This document shows positions 25,201 to 37,643 of a stretch of DNA of 64,000 bases, one piece after another. Each line of letters begins with the position of its first letter. The first letter of the stretch is position 1. Source of the DNA: Ramazzottius varieornatus (lineage: Eukaryota > Animalia > Tardigrada); NCBI GenBank assembly GCA_001949185.1, contig BDGG01000003.1, positions 783,577-847,576 on the forward strand, written 5' to 3'. The notes beneath the pieces were generated by a model. The model saw only the letters and a list, made by a program, of their open reading frames with translations, made no database searches and had not been told where the DNA came from. A program made the translations under genes and the position numbers.

Positions 25201-26046
25201 AATCCTATCGTCTGCAAGAGTGTTCCGTCGAAGATTACGAGTACTGTCAAGTGTTAAGTCTAATTTAGTCAATCAATTTAGTTGCGGCGCCTAATCATTT
25301 TGCGATTCTAATTTTGCCTCGTCTCGCATTCAGACTTCCGAGTGGCAAAGACTTCAGACTAGGTTCGTCATTGCTGACATTTACAACATGAAGTATTCAT
25401 CAGACCACGGATGACTAACGCGAGGGAGCTCTAGGACTTCCGGCAGGATTAACGCCTCACTTTGGGATTGTAAAGGGATGCTAGGCACCCATACCTGTGG
25501 TATGCTGAAGACGACAGCGGCGAGCCATGCACAGCCCAGAAGGATCCTTGCCCGACGGGTTTGACCGTTGATCTTCAATGGCCACAAGACAACGTAGCAT
25601 CGATCCACCGACATGGTCAACACCACGAAAGCCTCCAGGTATAAACCGAGAGTTTTCGTAAAGGAGAGGAAGCGACACGCTGCGTCCCCCGCCGTCCAGA
25701 TAACCGTGACGCGCCAGCCGAGTTCCATCGCGATGGTGAAACAGCAGACTAGAAGGTCGGCGATGACTAAGTTTATCAGAAACGGTCGAAGCCGAGACCG
25801 ACGTCGTTCTGTGATACCCAGAAGCGACCATAGGAGAATGATGTTGGCGACTAGGCCGAGAACCAACACTGTGAAGGTGAGGACGGTACCGGTATCGTAG
25901 CGATGCATCAGTTCGGCGTAGCTCTTGAGCATGTCCTCGGTCGGTGTCGTTGTGACAAGATGAGAACCGGAAAAAGTTCCTTGCGTTGAGTTGGGCTGCC
26001 TGTGGTTTTCAGTGGATGGAATAAGTGCTTCGTTTTCTGAAGACAT
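22238..26046 (-). CDS. GnRH-superfamily neuropeptide GPCR (AKH/ACP receptor-like), 2 exons (26046-25495, 23080-22238), ~464 aa
   Basis: Motifs NLVIADLLV, ELGWRVTVIWTAGDAACR, SVDRC, SIPQ|AVVFHVEFHP..FAQCVT, AY..FG..AMYVIPL, KARSRTLKLS, FVLCYTPY and NPLVYG. Confidence 0.88.
23439..23701. mobile_element. TA-flanked MITE in the GPCR intron
   Basis: tagagattaagttacaacc pairs with ggtggcaacttaatctctg. An inner inverted pair ctgtagctaa/ttagctacag is also present, and both ends are flanked by TA. Confidence 0.65.
24424..24589. mobile_element. PIF/Harbinger (Tourist-like) MITE
   Basis: TIRs gggagcattcattaatcacgccag / ctgacgtcatcaatgaatgctccc, flanked by TGA/TAA (TWA-like TSD). Confidence 0.75.
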
Positions 26047-29000
26047 ACTGGTGAGATGTTTTCTCCCAAGCAGGCAAAGCGAGGCTGTAAGCAAGAATGT
26101 GGAAGGGAACTGTTTCCTGTTACAGTCTTTTGAACAAACAACAGGTGGATGGGGGTATTAGCCCTGACGGGATAAATGGAGCGAACTGAGGTGGTAAAAG
26201 GTAGTAAAGAGACTGGGAAAAGTGTCCGTTACACCTTGGGGGTAAATACCATAATGGTGGTGTGCGGCCAGAGAGTGTAGAGCAATTTAATAGGAGCAAC
26301 GATCTGACATGGCGGCAATAATAGGCTTCCTGTGCCTTGACTAATGGGGAGAATGGGCAAATTACATGAGCCCAAGCATATCCGGTGAAGGAGGAGGGAC
26401 CATGTTACTCGGCATTGGTCTTTCAGTACATAAGCTTCGGGATAATCCGTTATCGTTTCACCGCCAGAGTAACATGTCGCTTAATCATTAAAGGATGAAG
26501 ATGGTGTCGAGCCTGTGGCTACGTAAATCTTGATAGATTGTAGGTCCTGTAGACGGCAATTAGACGTGGCAGTGAAATGTGATGCATCCTGATTCCGGGA
26601 ACCCATCAGGAGTCCGCACACAAAGCAACCGAACCTGCAACGGAAACAAAAATATTGTTCCTTGCGCTCGAAATGAGACGGTGTAATCAAAGTTTTGCTT
26701 CGAACGAAATCCAAACAACTAATTAGAACAACCTAATTTTTGAGATGGGATTGATGCTCAGAATACCGTAAACCAAGCAGCTACTCATTTAGACTAAACC
26801 GCAGAGCTTTTTTACCGCTTTGAAATTTGAGAAAAAAATGTCTCGGTGACATTTACAGTACTAAAATTGTTTATCTGATTCGCAGCACCGGAAGTGGGGA
26901 ATAATTCATTTCAACTCAGATTATTCTGGGTTTAGACCTGTGAAAAATATGTCGACAAGACGTATCGCCCGGTTGAAATAAAAAAAGACAGGTTAAACGC
27001 AAAGGCAGGCCTCTCTGGGTCTCTCTTTAACTTCTACTGGCCACGAGCCATATGTGTGAATCGCCAGACATACGGCGCGTTTCCAATAGAAGCCATAAAG
27101 AGAGAGGCTTATATTGTCTTGGGTATAGGCTGGCTTTTATTTGAAACGCGCCACACGTCCATCGATAATTTTCGACATATTTTTCACAGGTATAAATCGA
27201 AAATGATTTTGGATCATCCCAAAATGAACCCAAAATGCTCCCCAGCAAACCAAGACTGATGACCAATTTTACAGGGTTAGTTACATGGATCAGAGGCTCG
27301 TCCGAACAGGCTGATGAGCGCCGGTGGGATGGAGCATTTGTAGCGAGATTGAATAGATAGAAACAGGACAAAGCGTTCAAAATGTCAGAACGGCGTAGAG
27401 TGGCATACGGCTGATGAGTGATTAGTGGGTGGGGATCGATGAGATTAAGGGAAACAATCACTTAGTTGATGGCATAACACGTTACTGACTTTTGAAAATC
27501 ATACCCGGAGACCGTGGTTGTATTCCTGGGGGAAAACATGACGGTACTTCAATAAACGAGGCCACAGGACCTTCGGCAAGATACACCGGTGCATGGATTA
27601 ATTCTACCAACACCGTAGGATGGTCTCTTTCAAGAAAACACCCCTCGGTATCTTTCTCTCACAACGAAACAAACTTGCATGAAGTAGTGTACGTAACCTT
27701 CCAAAGGCGGTAAAGTGCGCAACCGGTATATCCTGTCATTCACGTTTGGTCACATGTAAAATCGAACTACAAGTAGACTGTACTGATATTCTTGCCCAAA
27801 ACTTCTTCGGGTGTAACTCCGAAGAGGCTTTTGATATTCAGAACTAAAGATATTAATGTCTCTGTTATGCGAATCCAGGTTTCAGCAGTTCTCTGGATGT
27901 CTTTCGTAAGTACTGTGGAATGGCGCATGTCGTGAGTAACATCACGTAGAATATCATCTGAAGAATAATTTGAAACATGATTTTCGTACCTGAATTTTTA
28001 CAAATTTGGCGGATGAAATAGCCCAGTTAGTCCGTCAAGAGCTCGTTGCGTGACCATAGACCAAGGTCGCGACAATGAGGAGGATTCAGTGCGCTGCCAA
28101 TGAAAAGAACCAACCTGGCACGTGCTCAAGCACGCAGTTCCTGGTTTTCGCATGGCGTCGATGGCTCCATGCAACGCCTGCAGAGGTTTCTCCTGCGGAA
28201 GTTGGCATCAGAAAAACGTTTGATTCGACTGAAACCATACATACAAGCAGGGAAAAACCTTCATTACATTCGAGAAAACCAAATACCTCCTTCACGGACA
28301 TTCGACATGTTTTTCCCCGACGGACTTCTGCTTAGTTCCATTTTCGGTGCAATCTGTAGTACTGTCAACTGTTATAAATTAGACGAACAAGATTGTTTTC
28401 ATTAGGTTTTCCAGCCAGCGAAGTCAGGGTGCTAGCTGTGTGTTTGAATAATGCAGTCTCTCATGATGGTGAGAGCCTGACAAGCCAGCGCGATTAGACA
28501 TGCGTAATTAATCCATCATGCTTGGCTTAACGCTGTCCCGTCAGGAAAAGTCACGGAGCAGAAACTTCTGTTGAGGCATGTTCACAGCAACAGAGCTGGC
28601 GCGAACCAAAACGTTTTGCGTTAGCAGGGAGACCTCAAATGTGTGGCCCTTTACGTCACCGAAGCCGTCAGGCTGGTTTGGGTAGACAGACACAATCCGT
28701 CGATCTTTCTATAAGATTTCAACTCAGTACAGCGTACGTACATGCTACTCACATCACACGGATTCGGCTCGTGACGTATCGGCTAATACTGCTCATTTCC
28801 AAGCTACTAACACGAAAATCAATTGTTTGCGCCAGCACGGCATAGCACTATTGAATCGATCATGCTGGTAAACCTCGAAGCAGGAAGCCAATCGGCAGAA
28901 GTTGCCGACGTAAAAAATTAGCACTTTCAACGAGCGCAAATTTGTATAATAAGGTCCTATTAGTTCAGTGACGCGGATGCCTTCATCTCGCAGCGCCCCA

Positions 29001-30272
29001 CAACCTTCTGTAATTTCTCCAAGATTTAGCGCAGTCTAATGACAGGAGCATAAAGTAAACCCTCGGATGGTCATGATACAGTCAGCAGTTCCGGAGCATT
29101 ATCTGATGGGCCTGTCATGTGACTGTGTGAAATACTGGAACGAATACAGCAGCGTATTCTTCATTAGATGCTGCTCGTCGTTCAGTAAGGATCACGATCC
29201 CGAAACAATTGCAACAGAAGTCGCATCGTCTTCGCATCGTCAAGTGACTTGGGATTCAGCAATCGCGAACAAAATAAAGTCTTCGCCGTCGAGAGCACCG
29301 ACTTTCGTCAAGTGACATCATAACTCATAGCGCTCAGATTTAAGCTTAAGCAATTTGGCTCTTTTACCTGCCCGTCCCCCCCCCCCGCTTCACACTGCGG
29401 ACAAGTTTTGACTTCGATCCTCGTATGGTCCTTATATACCGCAACCAACGGTACCATGTCCCAGTCTTCACCATGACCTTTGTGACTACCACCACGGCCT
29501 GCAGCACGATAGCTTCCGCCACCGGCTTGTACGTTGTGATGACTACCATCCTGTCCACCACATCGTTCAATGGTCTTGCTGCCGCGGTGGTATTCCGGTA
29601 TATGTCGCCTTTGACCACCGTCGCGGTTAACATATCGGTCTACCGAATACTGATGGTTTGCCGTTACAGGTGTGACGGCAGGGTAGTCGAAGTAGAAGTC
29701 GAGACTCGAGAGCAGTTAATGGGCTTGCGAGGAGTACACGTACGATCCTTGCCTTGGGAGACCCGATATCAATCTTCTGCCGACCGGGCAGGAACTTCGT
29801 TCTCCTGGCCATGACACGCCTGCGAGAACCCTAAGCATTTGGGGCAGGTTGTTCCACACGTTGGGCTCGTGATTCCGGCACTCCGTGGAAGTGTACGGTC
29901 AGCAGGCTTGTAGGTTCGCTATGCGATTCGCAGGCGGCGACTTTGAAATGAAGGCCTTCATGTACTCTTCCCGGAGGCGGCTGGAGGTTTACCAGCAGGT
30001 CCCCTTGTGGCTGCGATAACGTTATATGTTTCCGAAGAGTCAGAAAAGGATCAGAAACCGAAAAACCAATCCGAGGTTTCGAACACCGGTCTGCGAACTA
30101 TCGATTCTTGAGAAACGAACAATTAAAGGGGGGTGCAAAAAAAGAGATGAGCTATTTTGACCAGGGTGGGTGAAATAGCCAAGTTGCTATTTTGCACCAG
30201 AAGGGTGGGCAAAATAGCATTAGCCTAATGTCGAATCAGCTAAGGACGATGGAACTATTGTGGAACGACATA

Positions 30273-33200
30273 CAGGGTGTATCCGCCAAGTGACTACCAC
30301 ATTGTGGTTTTCATGGCTCTGCCAAATGAGTGTGTGTTCATCCTCACAACTATATTGCCTTGGTTAGGCACTCTTTTTGCTTTGTTCAAAAAATAACTTG
30401 CTCTGTAAGAATGTTTATGGGAACTCAAAGCTCGACCCGAGACTGGGGAAGGTGCGAGCGCGTAGCTGCTCCGGGGGAGGGGGACTTTTCGCTCATTCTC
30501 CCTCAGCAAAAAAATCCTTTCTTACTCACCTTCACTTTTGCGCACAAGCTGCTGATTGGAAGTTGTTCAGCTGTAATTTACCTCTCCAAAATGATATTTT
30601 GTGTCGTTGTACCACTCGTCGACTGAATGATACAACAAGTTTGAGCAAATCGGGGCGACAAATAGGGCGGACGCCTGAAAACAAGGTTTTCCGAAATGGT
30701 TTTGATCCTTTCCCGACATTTGAAAGCATGAACAGGTAGCTGACGTAAGGGGATGGTATTCTTCCGGAAGGGTTCGTCAGACGTGGTTTTCAAACTATAA
30801 AATAATTTAGATTAACATGTCCTCTACATGCTAGCCAAAAGAACCGATGTGGTAGCTCTTGTGGTTCTCGAGATACAAATTCTCAAAGTTTTGGATCTAC
30901 CCGGAAGTAGTTCGACTGTCATCTTTAGGACAGAGTGGCTGGGGCAACCGACCTGTAGACGCTGGCTTTCAGGCGGCGCGCTTTCTTGCTCGACTCGATA
31001 TAGTTTAGCCAGACCAAAGAGCCATCAAAGAGAGCATGATGAGCCGACTTGCAGGCAACAAGGCACGAGCAAGGACCACACTCACATGTTAGCCTGACCT
31101 TACTTATAACTAATGTTGAGTCCTAAATTTTTGTCCGTTCCATCAGAAACGAACCACTGAACCAAATTCCTCAAAACGTTTTGTTGACATAGTTCTGAGT
31201 CGCGCGGAGTTTACGTGATACTTATTTTCATTCCTGGCGGTGTGCAGATTATTTTCTGAATTTTTTTATCAACGGCAAATCACTCTTGTCCGCTAAACGC
31301 TTACCTTGCTAAGCACAGTAAAAACGACGTCAAAATCAAAGTCACGTAAAAGCTATTGCGCGAAAATAACTAAAATACCACATGGACAGAGTAAAAACAG
31401 ACTAACTGGTGGGGTGAACAGCTCACTCTTCTCTAGCCCTGAGTCCGCTTGACTGCGTTCCGATCAACCTCGACCTACAAGGGAGCCTTTTCGGGATGCA
31501 AATTCTGATAGAATCTCGATGGTTTCAAGCACTGGGATTGACTTCTAGGGAGCTTACAACTCGGACCAGATACCCCAACCAAACGTCTGAAAAACTGCTA
31601 GTACCGGATCACCAGGTTCGTAGACGTCTATTGGTCCTCCGTTGTCGGCAATACAGGGTCGCCAGCAAACAGTGTAGTGGACTGACTCCTAAACACTTTT
31701 ATAGCTCCAGATTCATCGAGGAAGATTTTTTAATCGGGTTTTCTTCTCACGGTAGTGTTGACAGGAAGACCTGTAAACGCCCACGAACCTGGTGAATCGG
31801 TACGGGTAAGATAGTTTTCCAGGCAGTTCCGACACGAAAGCTTCCTTGGAGTCTATCCCATTGTTCGAAATCATCGAGGTTTCGATTGGAATCTTCACTC
31901 CGAAAAAGTTCCCTTGTTTGAAGAACTCTTTCCCCGAAATGTTACACACGGGGTTCAGTAATTTCAAAACTCTGTGGTACCAGACTCTCGTGACCCTCAA
32001 TAAGGTCATCAAAAGATAGGCCCTTCCTAATAATCACCATCCCTAAAAATTCAGTCTTTGGAAGTTATCGCAGGAAGGGAAAGAATTGTTGAACACAGGA
32101 AGTCACGCGCTTCCTCAACTTGCCCCGAAAAGTCAACGCACTTCACAATGTTGCAGCTGAAATTTATCAGGTTTTTCGTCGTGCTTCTCTCAAAAGTACT
32201 ATTCCAGCTTTGCCTAAATGCTTGCTACTTCAGACATATGTTTACCACTGTAAAAACGTTTTCCTCTACTCAAACGGTATTTCTTTCTACGGCACACCAA
32301 GCTGAGAGCAAGCCGAAGGCGAGCGAGCGAGCAGCTTGTAATTATAATTAGCTAATCCTGAACTATAAAAACACCAATAAAAATACCGCTTCTGCTGCGA
32401 TAGTTCAATCAAACAAGACATTATGTACTGTATACTCCCTTGCTCAAGAGTTTAGTTGAGATTTCCCGGATAGCCGTCAATATGCCATCGACACCACGGC
32501 CTGGCGGCCGATCGAAAAAATTTTCTTCAGATCGTGATACCGATACCGATTGGGTTCCTCATCTTGGTTCTCCATTACAAATTAAATCACCCAGCAACTT
32601 TCCTATGCCACAGTGGATGTTAATGAACCGAGTCATTTTTCCCTGCTGTATTTGGGCCACAGCCAAATCTTCTGATAATTTCATCATCATAATACGGCAA
32701 ACATTTCTTACCCTGATTTATCATAAGCGCTCCGAATTCCATCCATCGCTAAATACCGCGTAGATTATAAATTGGAGTTACAAAATAGTTGCAGACAGCA
32801 GGAAGGAGTGAATAAAATATAAGAAAAACAGGGCTCACAACCGTGTACGGAGACAAGCTAAAACAGCGTTTACGGCATCAATATCTTTCGAGAAGTCGGT
32901 CCCTAAAGTTGTTTCTGAGGTGTTTTTAGAATTGCTCGAACCACAATCCAGGTCACCGCTCGAACACGAAGCGCTAATTAGCTAAGGTAATTATCTGCAA
33001 CTTTCGTGCTGGATGGCTCCTCATGAAACGGTCGAGTTGAGCTGAGGCGGCGGAAAACTGAAATCGTATTTTTTGGGTCCACAGTAGCGCAACCAGCCGT
33101 CTGTCTGCGCTGCGCGTGGTCAGTTCTCACGAGGGGATTTTTCGAATCCGCCGCCTCTGATGCTCAAACCCACATTCCAGGTGGATAGAGAAGAGTTTCC

Positions 33201-34414
33201 TCTATCGTCTGAGCCGAAAACCTCGTCATCATTCCCTTCCTGGAATAAACTGGACGGTTCGGAATTGATCGTCCATTGACCGCTACAGTGCGCCGCGATG
33301 ACGTAAAGTTTCTTGATTGCCTCTTTGATTGATCACAAACGATCAGCTGATCGCCGGCACTGTTGGCTATGCAGCGGATGCCTTGCTTTTGTGCTTTTTT
33401 AGCACGTTAAGGCGTGTGGTACGGTTCAACGTCAACAGTACGGGCGATCAGCTAATCGTTCTGTGGTCAATCAAAGAGGCAATCAAGAAACTTATGTCAT
33501 CGCGGCGCACTGTAGCGGTCAATGGACGATCAATTCCGAACCGTCCAGTTTATTCCAGGAAGGGAATGATGACGAGGTTTTCGGCTCAGACGATAGAAGA
33601 AACTCTTCTCTATCCACCTGGAATGTGGGTTTGAGCATCAGAGGCGGCGGATTCGAAAAATCCCATCGTCAGACTTTAACCAGATGTCTACCTCACTCAG
33701 CGGGCTTCACGTAGAAAACGTTGCTGAAACGACCGTAATCAATTTATCCACAGAATGGTCAGAAACCGCAGAACCTTCGCCTTAATGCGCTGTTCAAAGT
33801 AGGATTTCTCTTGGTTGCACTGAGCGGAGCTTGAGTGCAAGAAGACATTGCGCAAAAACCGAGTGTTCGTGAATCAACAATTTTTTCGGCTTTCGAGGCA
33901 ATTTCGAAATCTTTTCATCCATCTCTTTGACGAGTTGACGTGGTGTCAACAGTAACCTCAGTTAACACAAAGACAGAGCTAAAGGATGAGTGGTGGAAAG
34001 CCTGAATTTTTGGTTTGGAGCGTAAGTTACGATTTTGCCACGAGGACTGGTTTCCCAGTAACACGGGTCAAATCGACGGTTTTAATTCGTTTGTAAGGTT
34101 TGTATGGTATTCTTGCGAAATTCTTCACTTTTCGATAGTCGCCAGTTAGCTGTGAGTCCGTTAAAATCAAATTAAGGCCGAGTACTCACATATGGAAATC
34201 CGGAGACTCGGTTTTGTTTGTGGTGTACAGTCTTCTCATCGGAGGTCATTCTAATCAACTTTTCCAACCTAAGACTCAATGTATGCGAATGAGCTATTTC
34301 TCAACGAAAATGCGTCAAAATCTGTATGACTTGTCTGAAGGAGCGAGACGAAAATAAACAAACTGAATTTTTCTGTGCCAGTGTTCCAGGTGGTAGCACT
34401 TGGAAACACCCTGT
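30273..34414. mobile_element. second copy (B) of the 15893-16996 family, split by ~3 kb of inserted sequence
   Basis: Left end ta|cagggtgtatccgccaagtgactaccac and right end gtggtagcacttggaaacaccctg|ta. 30380-30740 aligns by eye to 16010-16350, and 33840-34400 to 16420-16985. Confidence 0.55.
33134..33664. repeat. near-perfect long inverted repeat (foldback)
   Basis: Arms 33134-33365 and 33433-33664 are reverse complements with only a handful of mismatches, separated by a ~67-nt loop. Confidence 0.95.
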
Positions 34415-35200
34415 ATATACATGCATTCTCGAACTACGTGACGATTTTTGATGTGATCAGAGGCGCCGCTTTATGACGTCCTGACATCCATAATTATGTA
34501 GCGCAAACATCCCTCTATCCTCTATTTTGGCGAGAACGATCTACTGTATTCCGTGCAGGCAACTTTGGAAAACGTGTACTGCGAGCTACTTTATCAACTC
34601 ATGTGTGAGTGCCTTAAAAAGTTGTTAATAAACCATATCTCCTGCTCATCGGCCGAATCCGCCATTGAACCGCCAGGTTGCTAACGCCGCTACGCTAGAA
34701 ATCTCGTGAACGAATCTTCATTTAAATCTGATTCACGGAAATTTCACCAGTTTTCTAGGGTTTACTTCTGACCGAGCCGGACCAGACTTGTGCTCCGTCG
34801 TCACGATTCATGGTTTAAATCCGGAAAACCCGTGACAGAATACCATGACGGACAAAAAGCAACTAACCATCCCTTAGGATAAAGTGATTCGGCTAAGAAA
34901 ATGCATGCAATAGATCCGCACTGATGTTTATTCGACCGGTAGGAACATAACAGTCATTGAAAGTTACTGAACGAAACAACATTTCCAACAAAACTGATCA
35001 CCTATCTGACCACAATCTACAAAAAGAATCTGCAAACTGACGCCTGTTTTGAAGCCCGACTGGACAAAGCTACCGAAAATGCACCATACCAGTTCACTTG
35101 CCGAAAATCAGAGCGAGAAAAGAAACATATTTCCACATGTTCCACTGATAGACTACTTCGTTTACGTTAAAGAGACAATTTTACTCTGACGAGTTTTTCT

Positions 35201-37026
35201 TTACTCATCGACATCCCCGTACTGATTTCTGATGTGCCCCGCGTGCCGTTGACTGTCAAGCTCGCGCTTGGTTTCGTCCTCAATACGGCGAATGTCCGCC
35301 ATGGTCAAACCGTACCATTGATCCATCCAGCAGAAAACTTGACGATGAAAATTCAAAAAAAGCTTCCTTTCAGCCTACAGAAATTTTCACATACTTGGAA
35401 ATCAAGAAGCGAGAGAGGAAAAACTGGAGACGTTGGCCACGGACTGAACCAAATCCCAATCTCCAGTGGCGCACTTTTGCATTGATACTGGGTGGAGTGT
35501 GCGCCACTTAGGAAAACGACCAGGTTCAGTCCATCTGCCACGTCTTAAATTTCGGCAAGCTGTTCCAGGTTCCGAATAAATTTGTGAGACATTTTCCTTC
35601 TAGATTCTTTTGGTACCTTATGCGCCCAAGATTCGACTTTATTCTGAAGTCCGAACCATTTGAACTCAACCGTCACCAGCTTGTAGCAAGTCATCACAGG
35701 ACTGCAAGTCGCCTATAAAATTTCAAACACTCAGAAAAGCATAGAAAAGATAGAATCTCCAACGTGCAAATTTCAGAACTATCCTGCCGAACGAACCTTC
35801 CAGTTTCCCTTAAGGGGTCCTCGCCCGGCTTTCTGCGACTGGAATTGAGTAGGATCCCATTCTGCTTTGTAATCCTGTGAAAACAAAACACGAGCATCCG
35901 CTTTAGAAAACATACTGTGTACTACGCGTAACGGGAACCTTCACTAATGACTGTCGCCTGGTACATTACAAGGTGCATACCTTGCGATCAACGGGATCGT
36001 TGGCAATGTCGATGTAAATCACTTCCCGCTTTTTCAGCTTCTCCGGTGGCAGTCTGTGCACCTGTTAAAACGACCAATATTTACGTTCACTGTACGTCTG
36101 TCACCTTAACACTGTCAGTCCCGAAAAGTCAAGGCGATAACGGCTACTCATTAATGTTATAGACCTACGTTGGGAGAGTCGCCGCGATCGGCCACATGAA
36201 GCGTTTCCAGGGTTATCGCAAAATTATCTTTCATGTAATCCGGATTCTGAAACCACGTTAAAACCGAGATTAAAAATTCGAAGAAAAACAACCTGTCGAC
36301 ACCCGTGAAAAAAATCGTGACAAAAATCCTGTTTTTACTACGTCATATCGCATGTTTAGACTCTAGACCTCAACAGACCCACGGAGAAATGCAGTAAACA
36401 GTCGAGCTTTAGATTGGGTTGTAACTTACACTGAATTCCGTTCTACAATATGGATACGCATTCCAAGCTTTCTCATGGAATTCCAGCGAACCTTTCGGGG
36501 CAATTGCTCGTGCCCATCCAGGTATCTTGCTAGGAAAACAAACAGACGGTAATTTCACGATCGGACAGGCAGAGAGAAAAAATGATGCGTCAATCGATAT
36601 CCCCGATTGACAAGCCAATCAACTAACGTCGTGTCACAAAACCGAGCGATGTGTTCTTCGGCAGAAAAAAAGCGCAAACAAACCTGGCAATGTGGTAGAC
36701 TTTATGAGTATATTGTCCAGACGTTGGCTGGCCCTCCAGGAGCTGGTGATTATCGTATGGTTCATTCTTGAGAATTTCCACACCTTCGCCGCCTCCCGTT
36801 TCGTTCTTTGAAGCCTGAGCCACGGCGTACAGTTGCGCCACTTGATACTGCAAACAATAAACAGACCAATAGCTTCTTTTTACATTCCATTGTCTGTTGC
36901 CTCCCACTCACCTCTTCCACCGTCATCGGCAGCACCACTCGGCTGTAAGAATCAGAACAAAAACTTAAGAACGACATATGCCTAGAAAAATGAGCAATTC
37001 TTTACTCACTATTCCTTGATAATCAT
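35201..37026 (-). CDS. PITP: class I phosphatidylinositol transfer protein (PITP alpha/beta, vibrator/giotto-like), about 9 exons
   Basis: Spliced peptide MIIKEY|[10 protein letters not shown]|[40 protein letters not shown]|..[21 protein letters not shown]|NPDYMKDNF|..IDIAND|..GRGPL..W|..[17 protein letters not shown]|..[36 protein letters not shown]. Confidence 0.93.
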
Positions 37027-37643
37027 GGTCAAGTCGACGTAAATCTCCTTTTCAGTTGAGACACGTCAGATAACCTCCCGTCAAAAATTCTCCTGGTATG
37101 AAAATCAGGCGAGAGCAAGCAATACCATGCTCGAGAGAACAAACAAAGCCGTAATGAGAAGAACACTGCAAGAATTTTTTCTCAAGAATAAAGTTATTTC
37201 TCGACATTTTGACTGTTGCTCCACAAGACCTACTGCATGGGCTGCTATGAACGTTACGTGTGCAGCATGTTGACAGGCTTTACGGAACGAATTGCGACCG
37301 TATGCGTTACCGTACGTACGTAACTAACATAATATGAGCCTTGGCCCTTGGCCCTTGACTCGTGACTGATTTGACGAAAGACTCGTACTTGACGTCAGCG
37401 GAAGAATTAGAAACGAATTTCCCAACTCTCATGATTTCTCGATCCCGAAAGAAAGCTCCCGACAAGGTTCTCTCCGTTTTCATCCTCGACAAGTCACCCA
37501 GCGGGAAAGGTGAGTGGAAGATCGATACTGAACCTCCGTACGAGTTTAAAGTACCGTTGGTCTCGACTCTCGCTCTTTTGTGGTTGTCAGAGTCTGACCT
37601 TGTGTTGATTTATACCTCACAGAAATCGTGAGTCAAACTGAAA
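37027..37643. promoter_or_regulatory. putative bidirectional promoter and 5' UTR region (PITP / SET gene)
   Basis: Divergent start codons are ~620 bp apart. A likely SET 5'UTR intron lies at ~37510-37623 (gtgag...cacag). Confidence 0.4.

Noticed and set aside
29400-30020. Minus-strand Gly/His-rich frame with CPKC, possibly a gag/ORF1 remnant
   Set aside because: There is no complete zinc knuckle and no RT or LTR evidence.
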